A stretch of 40,270 nt of DNA from Octopus bimaculoides (GCF_001194135.2 NC_068983.1:38117858-38158127), one strand, 5' to 3'. Positions 24,280-36,450 are shown, counted from the stretch's first letter. Translations and numbers: made by a program. The notes: a model not told the origin generated them from the sequence alone.

Positions 24280-24985
24280 AGCCATGGTCGATGCCAGTGT
24301 TGCATGTCCAGCCCATTTAAGAGTACCCTTGATGCATCAGGTGATATGATTTGCTTGAGAAGACTTGTTGAGTGAAGTAAAACCAAAATCATAGCTGTAG
24401 CCAGTGTCTCCTGACTGGCTTCCGTGCTGGTGGCACATAAAAAGCACCATCCAAGCGTAGTTGATGCCAGGTCCGCCTGACTGGCTTCCGTGCTGGTGGC
24501 ATGTAAAAAACACCATCCAGACATGGCCGATGCCAGTGCCTGCTGACTGGCTCCCATGCCGTTGGCTTGTGAAAAGCACTATCCAAATGTGATCGATGCC
24601 AGGGCTGCTTGACTGGCTCCTATACTGGTGGCATGTAAAAAGCACCATCCAAATGTGGCTGATTCCAGTGCCTTCTGACTGGCTCCTGTGCCAGTGGCAC
24701 GTAAAAAGCACTATCCGAACATGAACAATGCCAGGCCCACCTGACTAGCTCCTGTGCTAGTGGCACGTAAAAAGCACCCACTACACTCTCAGAGTGGTTG
24801 GCATTAAGAAGGGCATCCAGCTGTAGAAACATTGCTAGTTCAGATTGGAGTCTGATGCAGCCGCTGGCTCTCTAGACCTCAATCAAACTGTCCAACCCAT
24901 GCCAGCATGGAAAACGGACGTTAAACGATGATGATAATGACGATGATGATAATGACGATGATGATAATGACGATGACGATGAATT
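24280..24985 (+). mobile_element. Family C: retroposon with an internal 66-bp tandem array and an RTE-like (GAT)n 3' tail
   Basis: Unit starts at 24411, 24477, 24543, 24609, 24675 and 24741 (exact 66-bp period), then ctacactctc.gagtggttggc...gcatggaaa.cggacgttaaacgatgatgat. Confidence 0.8.
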
Positions 24986-25583
24986 ATTGTACCTTGAAGC
25001 TCCATAGCCTTTGACATTTGGTCCCCCATCTATAATATGGCCATATTAGATACAGGACAATTTTTGGATATACTTGAAAATAGAGAATACATGTCTTATA
25101 CACTGGCAAATACAGTAAATATTTCATTGTATAATTGCTGTTTTGCTGTATGAGTTGTGGTATGTGTGAGCAAATGTAGTGTGTTTGAGCAAACTGTAAA
25201 GTGCAGTGCCAGGTATTTCATGTTACTACTAGATCTAGTTCAGTGTATTTTGTATATGAGTTCAAATCTTGTCAAATTTGACTTTCCTTTTTTATCCTCC
25301 TGGGGCCAATGAACTTACCACCTAATAGTCCTAAACCTGAAATCGAATTGACCAACTCTCAACACAAATAACAATTAACCTTCTACCTAATCAGTAGAAA
25401 TCAATATTGTGTTATGTTTTATATATGGTTGTCATTATTTATCTTTTGTATTGTTTCTATCATGATACTAATTAGCTGTATTTGTTTCCTTCATTACACT
25501 AATTAGATGTATGTCTTTACTAGAGGACTGACTCGTCCCCTTGTGTCCTAATCTAAAATTTCTCTCTTTTTCAGTGGTCAGTA

Positions 25584-25687
25584 ATGGAAGAGCAGGTGTA
25601 TGCTTATGTTTTGTTCTTCTTTGGATTAATTGGTTTAATAATCTATTTCTTCACTGCCTTTGCCCTGATGGTATCCTTGTTCAGTGG
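25584..25687 (+). CDS. UGCG: UGCG-like (GT21 ceramide glucosyltransferase family) first coding exon, N-terminal transmembrane anchor
   Basis: ATG at 25584 gives MEEQVYAYVLFFFGLIGLIIYFFTAFALMVSLFS-G, a hydrophobic signal-anchor like that of UGCG. It ends in a phase-2 donor GG|GTAAGT at 25688 that joins in frame to the next exon. A pyrimidine-rich acceptor (tctctctttttcag) ends at 25574. Confidence 0.85.
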
Positions 25688-25934
25688 GTAAGTTGGTGTC
25701 TTTTCTGAAACATTTCTTTACTGTTTTCTAATCAATTCCAAAGCAAAATTAAACTGTCCAATCAATCATTGAATGGATGGCCTGACAGAACTAAATAATT
25801 GGCTGTCATTTGATATACACGGTGTCCATGAATTATCCTTACTATTTGAAAAATTCAGAGAGATAAAATAAAGATAACTTAGCAGAATTTATTGGAAAAT
25901 GTAGGCACACAAATAAAGTTTCATTAGAAACATC

Positions 25935-26245
25935 AGGTGCCCCCTGACTGGCTCCTGTGCTGGTAGCACATAAAAAACACCATCTGAATGTGGCTGATGC
26001 CAGTACCCTCTGACTGGCTCTTATGCCAGTGGCATGTAAAAAGCAGCATCCGAATGTGGCTGATGCCAGGCTTGCCTGACTGGCTCCTGTGCTGGTGGCA
26101 CATAAAATGCACCCGCTACACTCTTGGAGTGGTTGGCTTTAGGAAGGGCATCCAGCTGTGGAAACATTGCGAGATCAGATTGGAGGCTGGTGCAGCCACT
26201 GGCTCTCCAAACCTCAGTCAAACTGTCCAACCCATGCCATCATAA
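25935..26245 (+). mobile_element. Family C copy (about 3 units) in the first coding intron of the UGCG-like gene; other copies at about 2326-2725 (-), 7432-7784 (-), 8456-8779 (+), 14405-14680 and 18555-18800 (-)
   Basis: Same 66-bp unit and the same downstream body. Confidence 0.75.
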
Positions 26246-26449
26246 AATATGATGGAAATTTCCTGGGTAGGTGATTATAATCAATATCAAGCAACAGCCT
26301 AGTTCAGGCATTTAAGAAAAAAATTAAATCTCCTGTTGATGGTTTTATGTATTTCAGTTTATTTTATGTATTGGTTTAAATACCATTGATGAGGTATTGA
26401 TTTTGGGTTGTTATAATGTCTTGATTACATCCCTTTCTTTCTATGTTAG

Positions 26450-26591
26450 CCGCCTTTGTTTATACCAACAAACAAACCCGTTATTAGAGCATGACGAACT
26501 GCCTGGAGTATCTGTGATTAAACCATTGATGGGAGTTGATCCGCTTCTGGAGGAGAACATAGAGAGTCACTTCAAAATATGTTACCCACAG
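26450..26591 (+). CDS. UGCG: UGCG-like coding exon 2
   Basis: Acceptor ttag at 26449 and donor CAG|GTAGGT at 26592; 142 nt. Encodes RLCLYQQTNPLLEHDELPGVSVIKPLMGVDPLLEENIESHFKICYPQ, matching UGCG [31 protein letters not shown] (recalled human sequence). Confidence 0.95.
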
Positions 26592-26698
26592 GTAGGTAGA
26601 ATTACTTCCATTTGCTTTTGAGACATTCCAATCTCAAACATTGCCAAAATAAGGATGTATGCATATGCATACATGGCACACACACACACAAACATGCA

Positions 26699-26765
<67 letters not shown>

Positions 26766-27029
26766 TCATCATCACCATCACCATCATCATCATCATTTAA
26801 TGTCTTCTTTTCCATGCTCCCATGGGTCAGACAGAATTTGTTGAAGCAGATTTTCTATGGCTGGATGTCTTTTCTGTCACCAACCCTCACCTGTTTCCAA
26901 GCAAAGTAATATTTCCCCTTTGCCAAATATGTTTTCCACAGAAGACTGGAAACAAACAACATTGCTTGTATGATGGTGATGCCAAGACATGAATACACAT
27001 TTACACACACATGGACACACAGGCATATG

Positions 27030-27260
27030 TTTAGCTGTCCTCTCAACTGTTTAGTTATCCTCTCACTAGTTTAGTTGTCTTTTCACCTGTTTATTTGTCT
27101 TTTCACCTGTTTGTCTTATAACCTGTTGGATTGTCCTCTCACCTATTTGGTTGTCCTCACCTGCTTAGTTGTTTGTCTCTTTGTCTTCTCACCTATTAGT
27201 TTGTCCTCTCACTTGTTTGACCGTTCTCTCACCTGTCTAACAGTCCTCTCACCTGTTAGT
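27030..27260. repeat. ~20-bp minisatellite (consensus about ctctcacctgtttagttgtc), about 11 degenerate units
   Basis: Recurrent ctcac(c)tgttt..ttgtc motif. Confidence 0.8.
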
Positions 27261-27504
27261 TCATGCTCTTGCTGTCCAGCTTGGTCACTCATTTTCGCTT
27301 GAAATATTTTATGCCAGTATGGTAAACCATACAAATTGTGAGGACAGGGCTGTATGCAGAGTTCTTGGTAAACTTAATCTGTGATACATTTTCTGCATCA
27401 CTGATTAAGATACCTGATTGTTTTGAACAGACTAAAGATGATTATGGTTAAAGATTAAGTAAGCATTTTCATATGAAACGATGCAAGACCACAACTCTGT
27501 AAAA

Positions 27505-27818
27505 AGGAGCACTTCATTGGTTACGGCAAGGGTCCCAGCTGATACAATCAACAGAACAGCTTGCTCATGAAATTAACGTACAAGTGGCCGAGTACTCCAC
27601 AGACATGTGTACCCTTAACGTAGTTCTCAGGGAGATTCAGCAGTGTGACAATGCTGGCCCTTTGAAATAGTGGTACTACTCATTTTTGCCAGCTGGGTGG
27701 ACTGGAGCAATGTAAAATAAAGTGTCTTTCTCAAGGACACAATGCATCACCAGGAATTGAACTCATGACCTTACGATCATAATCCGAATGCCCTAACCAC
27801 TAAGCCATGTGCCTTCAC
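27505..27818 (-). mobile_element. SINE family B (tRNA-derived); further copies at about 6780-7050, 18860-19190 and 32515-32950, all minus strand
   Basis: Shared blocks ccagctgatac..aacag..gctcatgaaattaac, gtgacaaggctggccc and ggagcaatgtgaaataaagtgtcttgctcaaggac; tRNA-like head at the high-coordinate end. Confidence 0.75.
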
Positions 27819-28368
27819 AGTATATTTGTATAAAACCCTACCTTGTACCATCTCATTAAGAAAATCTGATTCAACTACCTCACACGAAGTCTTCATGACA
27901 TGCCTTAACTTCTTAATAAATAGTTATCAGCTGTTTGTTTCATTCAAAAACATTATTCACTCTCATTAAAAATATTGTCTACACCAGTTCACTTACTCTA
28001 AGCATGACTCTCAAATTCATATTACTGTGAATCATGAACCATATGGAGATTGTTCATTCATCTACAGGTGCACACTTGTCAGTGTATGTGTGTGTGTATG
28101 TGTATGAATGTCCATCAGATCTGCATTATTTGTTTCTTTTAAAGACCTTTTATATATAATTTGATAATTTTTAAGTTTAGAAAATTTTTTCCTCAAAAAA
28201 AAACAAAACAAAGAAAACTAACACACACACACACACACTTATCCTTCTTGTAGAAGAGCATAGGCATGGAATTTCTTTCTTTTTTATTCTTTTACTTGTT
28301 TTAGTCATTTGACTGGCTATGCTGAAGCAGCACCTTTAGCTAAACAAATCAGCCCCAGGACTTATTCA

Positions 28369-28505
28369 AAAGGAACTCAGCAACTTCGCCTCCATGAGAC
28401 CCAACACTTGAAAGGATCTCAGCCACTTTGTCTCCATGTGTCCCAGGGGCTCGGTCATTTTGCCTCCATGAGACCCAACTTTCAAAAGGAACTCAGACAC
28501 TTTGC
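28369..28505. repeat. ~42-bp imperfect tandem repeat
   Basis: aaagga(a/t)ctcag at 28369, 28411 and 28485; gcctccatgagacccaac occurs twice. Confidence 0.65.
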
Positions 28506-28744
28506 CACAGGGTTGACAGAAAGTCACCCAACAGTAAATCAAAATTCCATAAATACTATCTGTAATTCTGTATTGACTCGAATGGAAAAATATGGCAATC
28601 AAGAAGGACTTCAGTTTGAACAATTTTCATCATGTTTCATATTTAGATGCTTTTATTAAATTCATTCTGTTGTTAAACATAAATAAATCTTGGAATTAAA
28701 TGGTTTTGATTTACTGTCAGGTGACTTTTGGTCAGCCCTGTATG

Positions 28745-28781
<37 letters not shown>

Positions 28782-30018
28782 TTTTGATCTTTTAAAACCT
28801 AAATTCATTTTTTCTTAAGATTCCACCACATACTTTATATACTTGTCAGTGTCTCAGCACTCTCATAGACACCACTTTCCAGACTAATGAAATATTAAAG
28901 CTTATCTTCGTACCTCCAGGAACCACAACAGCTGTTCATGGCCTTCAGTTGTCTTCCGTTGTTCTACTGCATGCCTGTCACCATTAGAATATTGGTTCTA
29001 AAGTGTTGACTAAGAGTAATAATAATTTTTTATTGTTGAAATAAAACTGGAATCTTTCAAGTAGACAATAAACTGAATGGTTAGTTACTCATGACAACAG
29101 CACTAATAAAACCATTGACACCACCACCATCACCATCACCACATATATATGTGTATATGTATGTATGTATGTGTGTCTTTGTGTTTAACTCTCACCACTG
29201 CTTTACATCCCCATAAGCTGGTATGGGTGGACTCTTTGATGGGATCTGATGGGTCCAAGGACTGCTTTGTACCCCCAGTGTTTGCTTTAGTTTCTACAGC
29301 TGGATGCCCTTCCTAACACCAACCACTTTACTGTGTGAAGTGAAAGCATTTTTTTTTTTTTCATGCCACTGGCCCTAGTAAGGTTGCTATGGAGATCACA
29401 AAACTACAAATCCAGGGTAGGGTGAGGAAATGTGTGATTTAAATATGAAAGAAGTGAGGAAGTGGCTAGCAGGTTCTTGTGGTTGAGGAGTTACAATGGT
29501 TACGCACCATTTGGCAATCGATACTAGATATGTTTGTACGTGGGCCGCCTTAAAAACATGTTCTTCATTTTAAAGACAACTGGGAATTTGTGGAGAAAGA
29601 TCCAAGTAGTTACTTTGTGCAAGGGAAGTGATTATATTCCAGTTCCAATTATCAGCTTCTTGTTAAAGAGAATATTGGATATAGTGTTGAATGATGGTTC
29701 AATGGATATAGACATGATGGTGGTGATGCTGGTGATGGTGACAGTGGTGGTGGTGATGATGGTTGGTGGTGGTGGTGGTGATGGTGGATTTGGTGTTAAT
29801 GATGATTGTGATGATGATGATAATTATCACAGTTCTTCTCGTTGTTGTTCCATTTTCATTCCAGTTATGTTCCAAGATGAATAGCCATTATTAATTCTTT
29901 TAAATGATATTGTTTTCCCCTGTGTAAAAACCTTCAACAGTATCACCTTTTGAGCAAGTGTCGAAAGCAAGGACACTTTCAAATTTCTTGATTTCATTTT
30001 GCTATGCTTTTGATACAC

Positions 30019-30055
<37 letters not shown>

Positions 30056-31538
30056 TAATAGACAGGCCTAAGGCAGAGAAATTTGCTACGAGGGAAGCCA
30101 ATCTTCTCTAACGAACTCTTTGATGTAACAGAGTCGATGCTGGGATATGTTTTTATTTTGTTATCGTTCAGTAAACAAAGTTGACCTGGGAGCGAAGGCG
30201 TCATGGCTTTTAGGGAAAGCAATGCAAAGACGGAATTAAATGAGTGTAAACAAGTGACAAGTGTCTGAACAGATGAATTAAAGGGTTTGGTTAGAAGAAG
30301 GAAAGAAGAGAAGGGNNNNNNNNNNNNNNNNNNNNNNNNNNNNNNNNNNNNNNNNNNNNNNNNNNNNNNNNNNNNNNNNNNNNNNNNNNNNNNNNNNNNN
30401 NNNNNNNNNNNNNNNNNNNNNNNNNNNNNNNNNNNNNNNNNNNNNNNNNNNNNNNNNNNNNNNNNNNNNNNNNNNNNNNNNNNNNNNNNNNNNNNNNNNN
30501 NNNNNNNNNNNNNNNNNNNNNNNNNNNNNNNNNNNNNNNNNNNNNNNNNNNNNNNNNNNNNNNNNNNNNNNNNNNNNNNNNNNNNNNNNNNNNNNNNNNN
30601 NNNNNNNNNNNNNNNNNNNNNNNNNNNNNNNNNNNNNNNNNNNNNNNNNNNNNNNNNNNNNNNNNNNNNNNNNNNNNNNNNNNNNNNNNNNNNNNNNNNN
30701 NNNNNNNNNNNNNNNNNNNNNNNNNNNNNNNNNNNNNNNNNNNNNNNNNNNNNNNNNNNNNNNNNNNNNNNNNNNNNNNNNNNNNNNNNNNNNNNNNNNN
30801 NNNNNNNNNNNNNNNNNNNNNNNNNNNNNNNNNNNNNNNNNNNNNNNNNNNNNNNNNNNNNNNNNNNNNNNNNNNNNNNNNNNNNNNNNNNNNNNNNNNN
30901 NNNNNNNNNNNNNNNNNNNNNNNNNNNNNNNNNNNNNNNNNNNNNNNNNNNNNNNNNNNNNNNNNNNNNNNNNNNNNNNNNNNNNNNNNNNNNNNNNNNN
31001 NNNNNNNNNNNNNNNNNNNNNNNNNNNNNNNTTTTTTTTTTGCTTGGATACCAGCTTTTCTTAAAAGGTTTCCTTTTATCTTAAAAAGTAACTTTTAATT
31101 ATAAAAAATTCTTAATCGACGAACTTTTATCTATACCTTATGTATTTATATGTTTCTTATATATACGTATTTATATTTTTATATTTATTATTTTAGGTTT
31201 TATAATGTAAAAAAAATATTTTTTAGATGTTGAAGTATTCAGTTTTTAAATTTTTATATTGCGATAGACTGAACTCACTTTTTTCTATATGCTTGTCTAA
31301 ATGAAATATTGTTTCATCTTCAGTGATTTTGTGCATCCGTATTCTATGTATAAGAAAAAACATTATGTTTCTTTACATGTGATTAAATGTTCGAGATGTG
31401 ATATATTAGTTGGATGACCTTAAATTTGTTGTTTGTTCTACAACCAAAGTTTGTTATACTCGTCTCATTTACTTGAGCACTTCTCTTGCAGTCCTATTAA
31501 CCCTCTTGTTCCTAATAAGAAACAATCACTATTATTAT

Positions 31539-31615
<77 letters not shown>

Positions 31616-32438
31616 CATATACATATATATATATATAGATGTGTGTATTTTTCCCTTGTTAACAATTAACACAGAAAAGAATAGATAAATAGTTATCAGG
31701 GCAGCAAAAAATCACACAAGTAAAAAGGTTGTAACTCTTTGTTTTTAAAGGTAGAAACTCGGGGTTTACACAAAATATTTTGTCATCATTATCATCATCA
31801 TCATCGTTTAACGTCCGCTTTCCATGCTAGCATGGCTTGGACGAAAATTTTCGTAACACCCCTTAGTGCAGGCCCTGGGTGATATTGAACACTGCCTAGG
31901 ATGTTATTGGTGTCTACATATGCCTTTACCCACAAGACCACTGATATATATATATAAATAAATAAATGGGGTTAAATGCAGGTGTTATTCAAATTCTTTT
32001 ACTTCCAACACGTTTCGAAGATATTGGTATTATTCCAAAGGAATAAAATGGTGTAAAACAGTGTAATCTTCTCTTCAGAGAAATGAAGAAATGAAACTCG
32101 TCAATAAGACATTTAACAGAATATGATGGATATGTATAGTGATTAACTGAACACTATTAAGTTTGTTTAAAAAAAACGTTAGAGAATATAACGTCAGGGT
32201 AGCCTATAGAAAGGTAGCCTGTATAAGTGATATCTATCATTATATATAATTTGAACATTAATTTTCTTCTTACATTTCACATTTACTAGATATATATTTT
32301 TTCCAAGATTTAGGGTTTTATTTAATTTACATATCGTTATATACTTCTCATTTATTTGGGTTTTTTCCTTTCCTTTACCCCTCCCTCTTCTATTAAATGA
32401 TGAGATCAAAATTGATGATATATGTATGTGTGTGTATG

Positions 32439-32489
<51 letters not shown>

Positions 32490-32632
32490 CTAAAAGTTTC
32501 TATCATCAATTTTGCTGTTACTGGCACTCTGTCAGTTACGATGACAAAGGTTCCCACTGATCCAATCAATGGAACAGACTGCTCATAAAATTAACGAGCA
32601 AGTGGCTGAGCACTCCACTGTCTCATGTTCTC

Positions 32633-32755
32633 TTAACCCTTTGAGCCTGTAACACTGGTTTACTGGATGGCTTATTTTTCTCTATACTGTAGCACTGGTG
32701 GAGTGCCAGGTATATGGTAAAATAAGATTCAGGAGGTCAGGTCTTAAAGGGTTAA
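32633..32755. mobile_element. piggyBac-type mini-MITE (115 bp) inserted into a SINE-B copy
   Basis: ttaaCCCTTTGAG ... CTTAAAGGGttaa. The flanks rejoin as ctc-ttaa-tgtagttct, matching cccttaacgtagttctc in the uninterrupted SINE-B copy near 27612-27628. Confidence 0.85.
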
Positions 32756-33306
32756 TGTAGTTCTTCGGAAGATTCAGTGTGACACAGAATGTGACAAGGC
32801 TGGTCCCTTTGAATTACAGTTTGGCAGCTAATTGCACTGGAACAATGTGAAATAAAGTGTCTTGCTCAAGGACACAACACACCACCAAGAATTGAACTCA
32901 CAACCTTAGGATCACAAACTGAATACCCTAACCACGAAGTCTTGTACCTTCACAATTTTGCTGTCAGATTTATATGTAGATTAAAACATTCTATAAGACT
33001 AATAATCCTCCCACAAGAATTTCTATCAATCACATTTAAGGTGTGCTGCTTTCTCTCATGGGGGCCAGTCTCCTCTCCTCAGTTGTTAGTTAAAGAAGAC
33101 AAGAAACTAATGATGTGGGTTGCTTTAAATCCTTTCCCCATCCTTTGTACTCTTAAGGGATGGCCATTGATGGAAATAAGATTGATGTAGGTGTATTGTT
33201 TGTAGCCACTTCCATTTTAAAAATAAATTTCATATTCTACATTATTTTGTTAGTTATTATTTAGTTAGTCGTAATTAAATATCTGCCTACACATAGCTAC
33301 ATATAG

Positions 33307-34245
33307 TTGTGGCTGTGTGGTAAAAAGCTTGCTTTCCAATCACACGGTTCTGGTTTCAGCAAGTGTCTTCTAGTATAGCCCTGGGCTGACTAAACCTTGT
33401 GAATGGATTTAGTAGATGGAAATTGAAAGAAACTCACCCATCCATCCATCCATCCACCCACAAATCAATGAATGAATCAATAAATCCCTCTATCCATCAA
33501 TGAAGCCATCCATCCCTCAATCAATGAATCCATCCATTCATCAATGAATCCATCTATCCATCAATTCATACATCCAGCTCGCTGTCAATGAATCAATCAA
33601 TGAATCCAGCCATCCCTCCATCCATTCATCAATGAATCTATCCATCCATAAATGAATCGGTCAATGAATCCATCCATCAATCAATGAATCCATCCATCAT
33701 TGAATCCATCAGTGAATCCATCCATCATTGAATCCATCAATGAATCAATCCATCAATCAATGAATCAGTTAATGAATCAATCAATGAATCTATCCACCCA
33801 TCAATTAATGAATCCATCCATCCATCCATCCATCCATCCATGTATCTTTGTATCTTTGTTAGAAATCAACTCCTTCCTCAGAGGAAGAATTTAAATAATT
33901 GAAAACAGAAGAGAACATACATATGTGTGTGTGTGTGTATCTATGTGTGTGTCTTTGTGTTTGTCTCCCACCACCGTTTGACAACAACTGGTGTTAGTGT
34001 GTTTACATCCCAAAGACTTAGCAGTTTGGTTTGAAACTGACAATAAATGTCAGGCTTAAAAAATACAAGGTGATCAGTTTGGTTAAAATCCTTGGAGGCA
34101 GTGCCCCAGCATGGCCATGGTCCATTGACTGAAACAAGCGAAAGATACATGTTGTGTAGATACAAGGCATGGCTGTGTAGTAAGAAGCTTGCTTCCCAAC
34201 CATATGGTTCTGGGCTCAGTCCCACTGCATGGCACCTTTGTAAGC
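33307..34245 (+). mobile_element. SINE-A copy with an expanded internal satellite, followed by a second SINE-A head (about 34168-34245)
   Basis: Head 33307-33437, ATCC/AATC satellite 33438-33842, SINE body resumes near 33945. Confidence 0.7.
33438..33842. repeat. (ATCC/AATC/AATG)n tetranucleotide satellite
   Basis: Directly visible. Confidence 0.95.
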
Positions 34246-35281
34246 CTATACCATGCCAGCATGGAGAATGATGTTAAATGATGGTGATATATATATATAT
34301 ATATATATANNNNNNNNNNNNNNNNNNNNNNNNNNNNNNNNNNNNNNNNNNNNNNNNNNNNNNNNNNNNNNNNNNNNNNNNNNNNNNNNNNNNNNNNNNN
34401 NNNNNNNNNNNNNNNNNNNNNNNNNNNNNNNNNNNNNNNNNNNNNNNNNNNNNNNNNNNNNNNNNNNNNNNNNNNNNNNNNNNNNNNNNNNNNNNNNNNN
34501 NNNNNNNNNNNNNNNNNNNNNNNNNNNNNNNNNNNNNNNNNNNNNNNNNNNNNNNNNNNNNNNNNNNNNNNNNNNNNNNNNNNNNNNNNNNNNNNNNNNN
34601 NNNNNNNNNNNNNNNNNNNNNNNNNNNNNNNNNNNNNNNNNNNNNNNNNNNNNNNNNNNNNNNNNNNNNNNNNNNNNNNNNNNNNNNNNNNNNNNNNNNN
34701 NNNNNNNNNNNNNNNNNNNNNNNNNNNNNNNNNNNNNNNNNNNNNNNNNNNNNNNNNNNNNNNNNNNNNNNNNNNNNNNNNNNNNNNNNNNNNNNNNNNN
34801 NNNNNNNNNNNNNNNNNNNNNNNNNNNNNNNNNNNNNNNNNNNNNNNNNNNNNNNNNNNNNNNNNNNNNNNNNNNNNNNNNNNNNNNNNNNNNNNNNNNN
34901 NNNNNNNNNNNNNNNNNNNNNNNNNNNNNNNNNNNNNNNNNNNNNNNNNNNNNNNNNNNNNNNNNNNNNNNNNNNNNNNNNNNNNNNNNNNNNNNNNNNN
35001 NNNNNNNNNNNNNNNNNNNNNNNNNNTATATATATATATATGTATCTCAAAGATGGGTGAGGTTATTTTACTAATCTTTTATAGTTCCTCTGCTATGTAG
35101 CATTTTCCTATTTCCACTTCTGGAATAAATGCTGGATACGGTATCTTTGTTTTGAAGAGTGAAGTGTATTTAGTGATAGTGGTACTTGTAGGCGGTTGTG
35201 ATAGCTGTGGGTGGTGATAATAGTTGCGGGTTATGGTGATAACACGGGTTGCTGGGATAGTGGCAATTTTAGCAACAATAA

Positions 35282-35640
35282 TATGGCTCAGTGGTTAGAG
35301 CATCAAGCTTACGATTGTGAGGTTGTGAGTTCGATCCTGGACCAGGATGCGTATTGTGCTCTTGAGCAAGACACTTTATTTCACGTTGCTCCAGTTCACT
35401 CAGCTGTAGAAATAAGTTGTGATGTCAATAGTGCCAAGCTGTATTGGCCCCTTTACCTTTCCCTTGGATAACATCGATGGCATGGAGAGTGGAGGCTGGT
35501 CTGCATGGGCAACTGCTGATCTTCCATAAAAACAACTCTAGGTTGTGTTCGTCAGTGAGGTGACTTTCATCCCAGACTTGTACCCCGGAGGGGAACCTCT
35601 TAGGTGCACCCATGGTTATTTGTGATCGACAGTCATTCAA
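35282..35640 (+). mobile_element. SINE with a SINE-B-type head and a different 3' body
   Basis: atggctcagtggttagagc (A box) and gagttcgatcc (B box), then cttgagcaagacactttatttcacgttgctccag as in SINE-B; the downstream sequence does not match the other B copies. Confidence 0.7.
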
Positions 35641-36231
35641 TACGATAATAATGAAATTATTGTGTATCGTACTCAGGTGCACTACAGCTTGTCATAGGTG
35701 CATGTACAGTACATAGAATTATGTACAAAAGAAGGAAAGAGTCGTAATATATGTGTGTGCATGCATACGGAGTGGGGTGGGATATCAGGTGTAGTTTTGG
35801 CGAATTTCAGGAAGCATGGAGGTTTTAAAGGATGCAATGTCTCTGCAACTAACAACCGTTGCAGGTAGTTTGTAATAATAATTCTTTCTGCTGTAGACAC
35901 AATGCCTGGAATTTTGGGGGATGGGTTAAGTCGATTACATCAACCCCAGTACTCAACTGGTATTTATTTCATTGACCCTGAAAGATGAAAGGCAAAATCA
36001 ACCTCAGTAGAATTTGAACTCAGAACATACAGACATGAAATTCTGCGAAGCATTTTGCCAGGCATGCTAACACCTCTGCCAGCTCACCATCTTACTAACA
36101 ATAATAATGCTAAGTAATTTTGGTGATGATAGCAAAGTTTTCCTTTGTTTCTTGGCAACTTTTTATCACATTAAATAATCCCCTCCCCTAAAATTTCAGG
36201 CCTTGTGCCTATGGTAGAAAGGGTTATTAAG

Positions 36232-36450
36232 TTAACAAGCTGGCAGAATCGTTAGTACGTTGAACGAAATGCTTAGCGGTACTTCGCCTGTCGCCACGCT
36301 CTGAGTTCAAATTCCGCCGAGGTCGACTTTGCTTCCATCCCTTCGGGGTTGATAAATTGAATACCAGTTAGGTACTGGGATCGATCTAATAGACTAACCC
36401 CGTTCCCCAAAATTTCAGGTTTCGGGCCTTTAGTAGAAAGGATTATATGT
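36232..36450 (+). mobile_element. SINE family D; opposite-orientation copies at about 35885-36095, 38770-38975 and 38983-39205
   Basis: gctggcagaatcgttag...ctgagttcaaattcc...gtcgactttgc..catcc.tcggggt.gataaa; tRNA-like head plus a central block resembling conserved metazoan SINE domains (exact family needs a database search). Confidence 0.75.

Noticed and set aside
24246-24832. Periodic ORFs over the 66-bp array, and the array as a CRISPR-like structure
   Set aside because: A 66-bp unit keeps any frame periodic. The units are contiguous degenerate repeats without unique spacers, inside a eukaryotic retroposon with no cas genes.
7963-35074. ORFs of 130-440 aa containing runs of X
   Set aside because: Artefacts of N-gaps; only the Gypsy pol pieces flanking the 21718-22712 gap are real coding remnants.
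35282-35345. tRNA genes at SINE heads (here, 11188 and 36232)
   Set aside because: A/B boxes are present, but the heads run into SINE bodies and I could not fold a complete cloverleaf.
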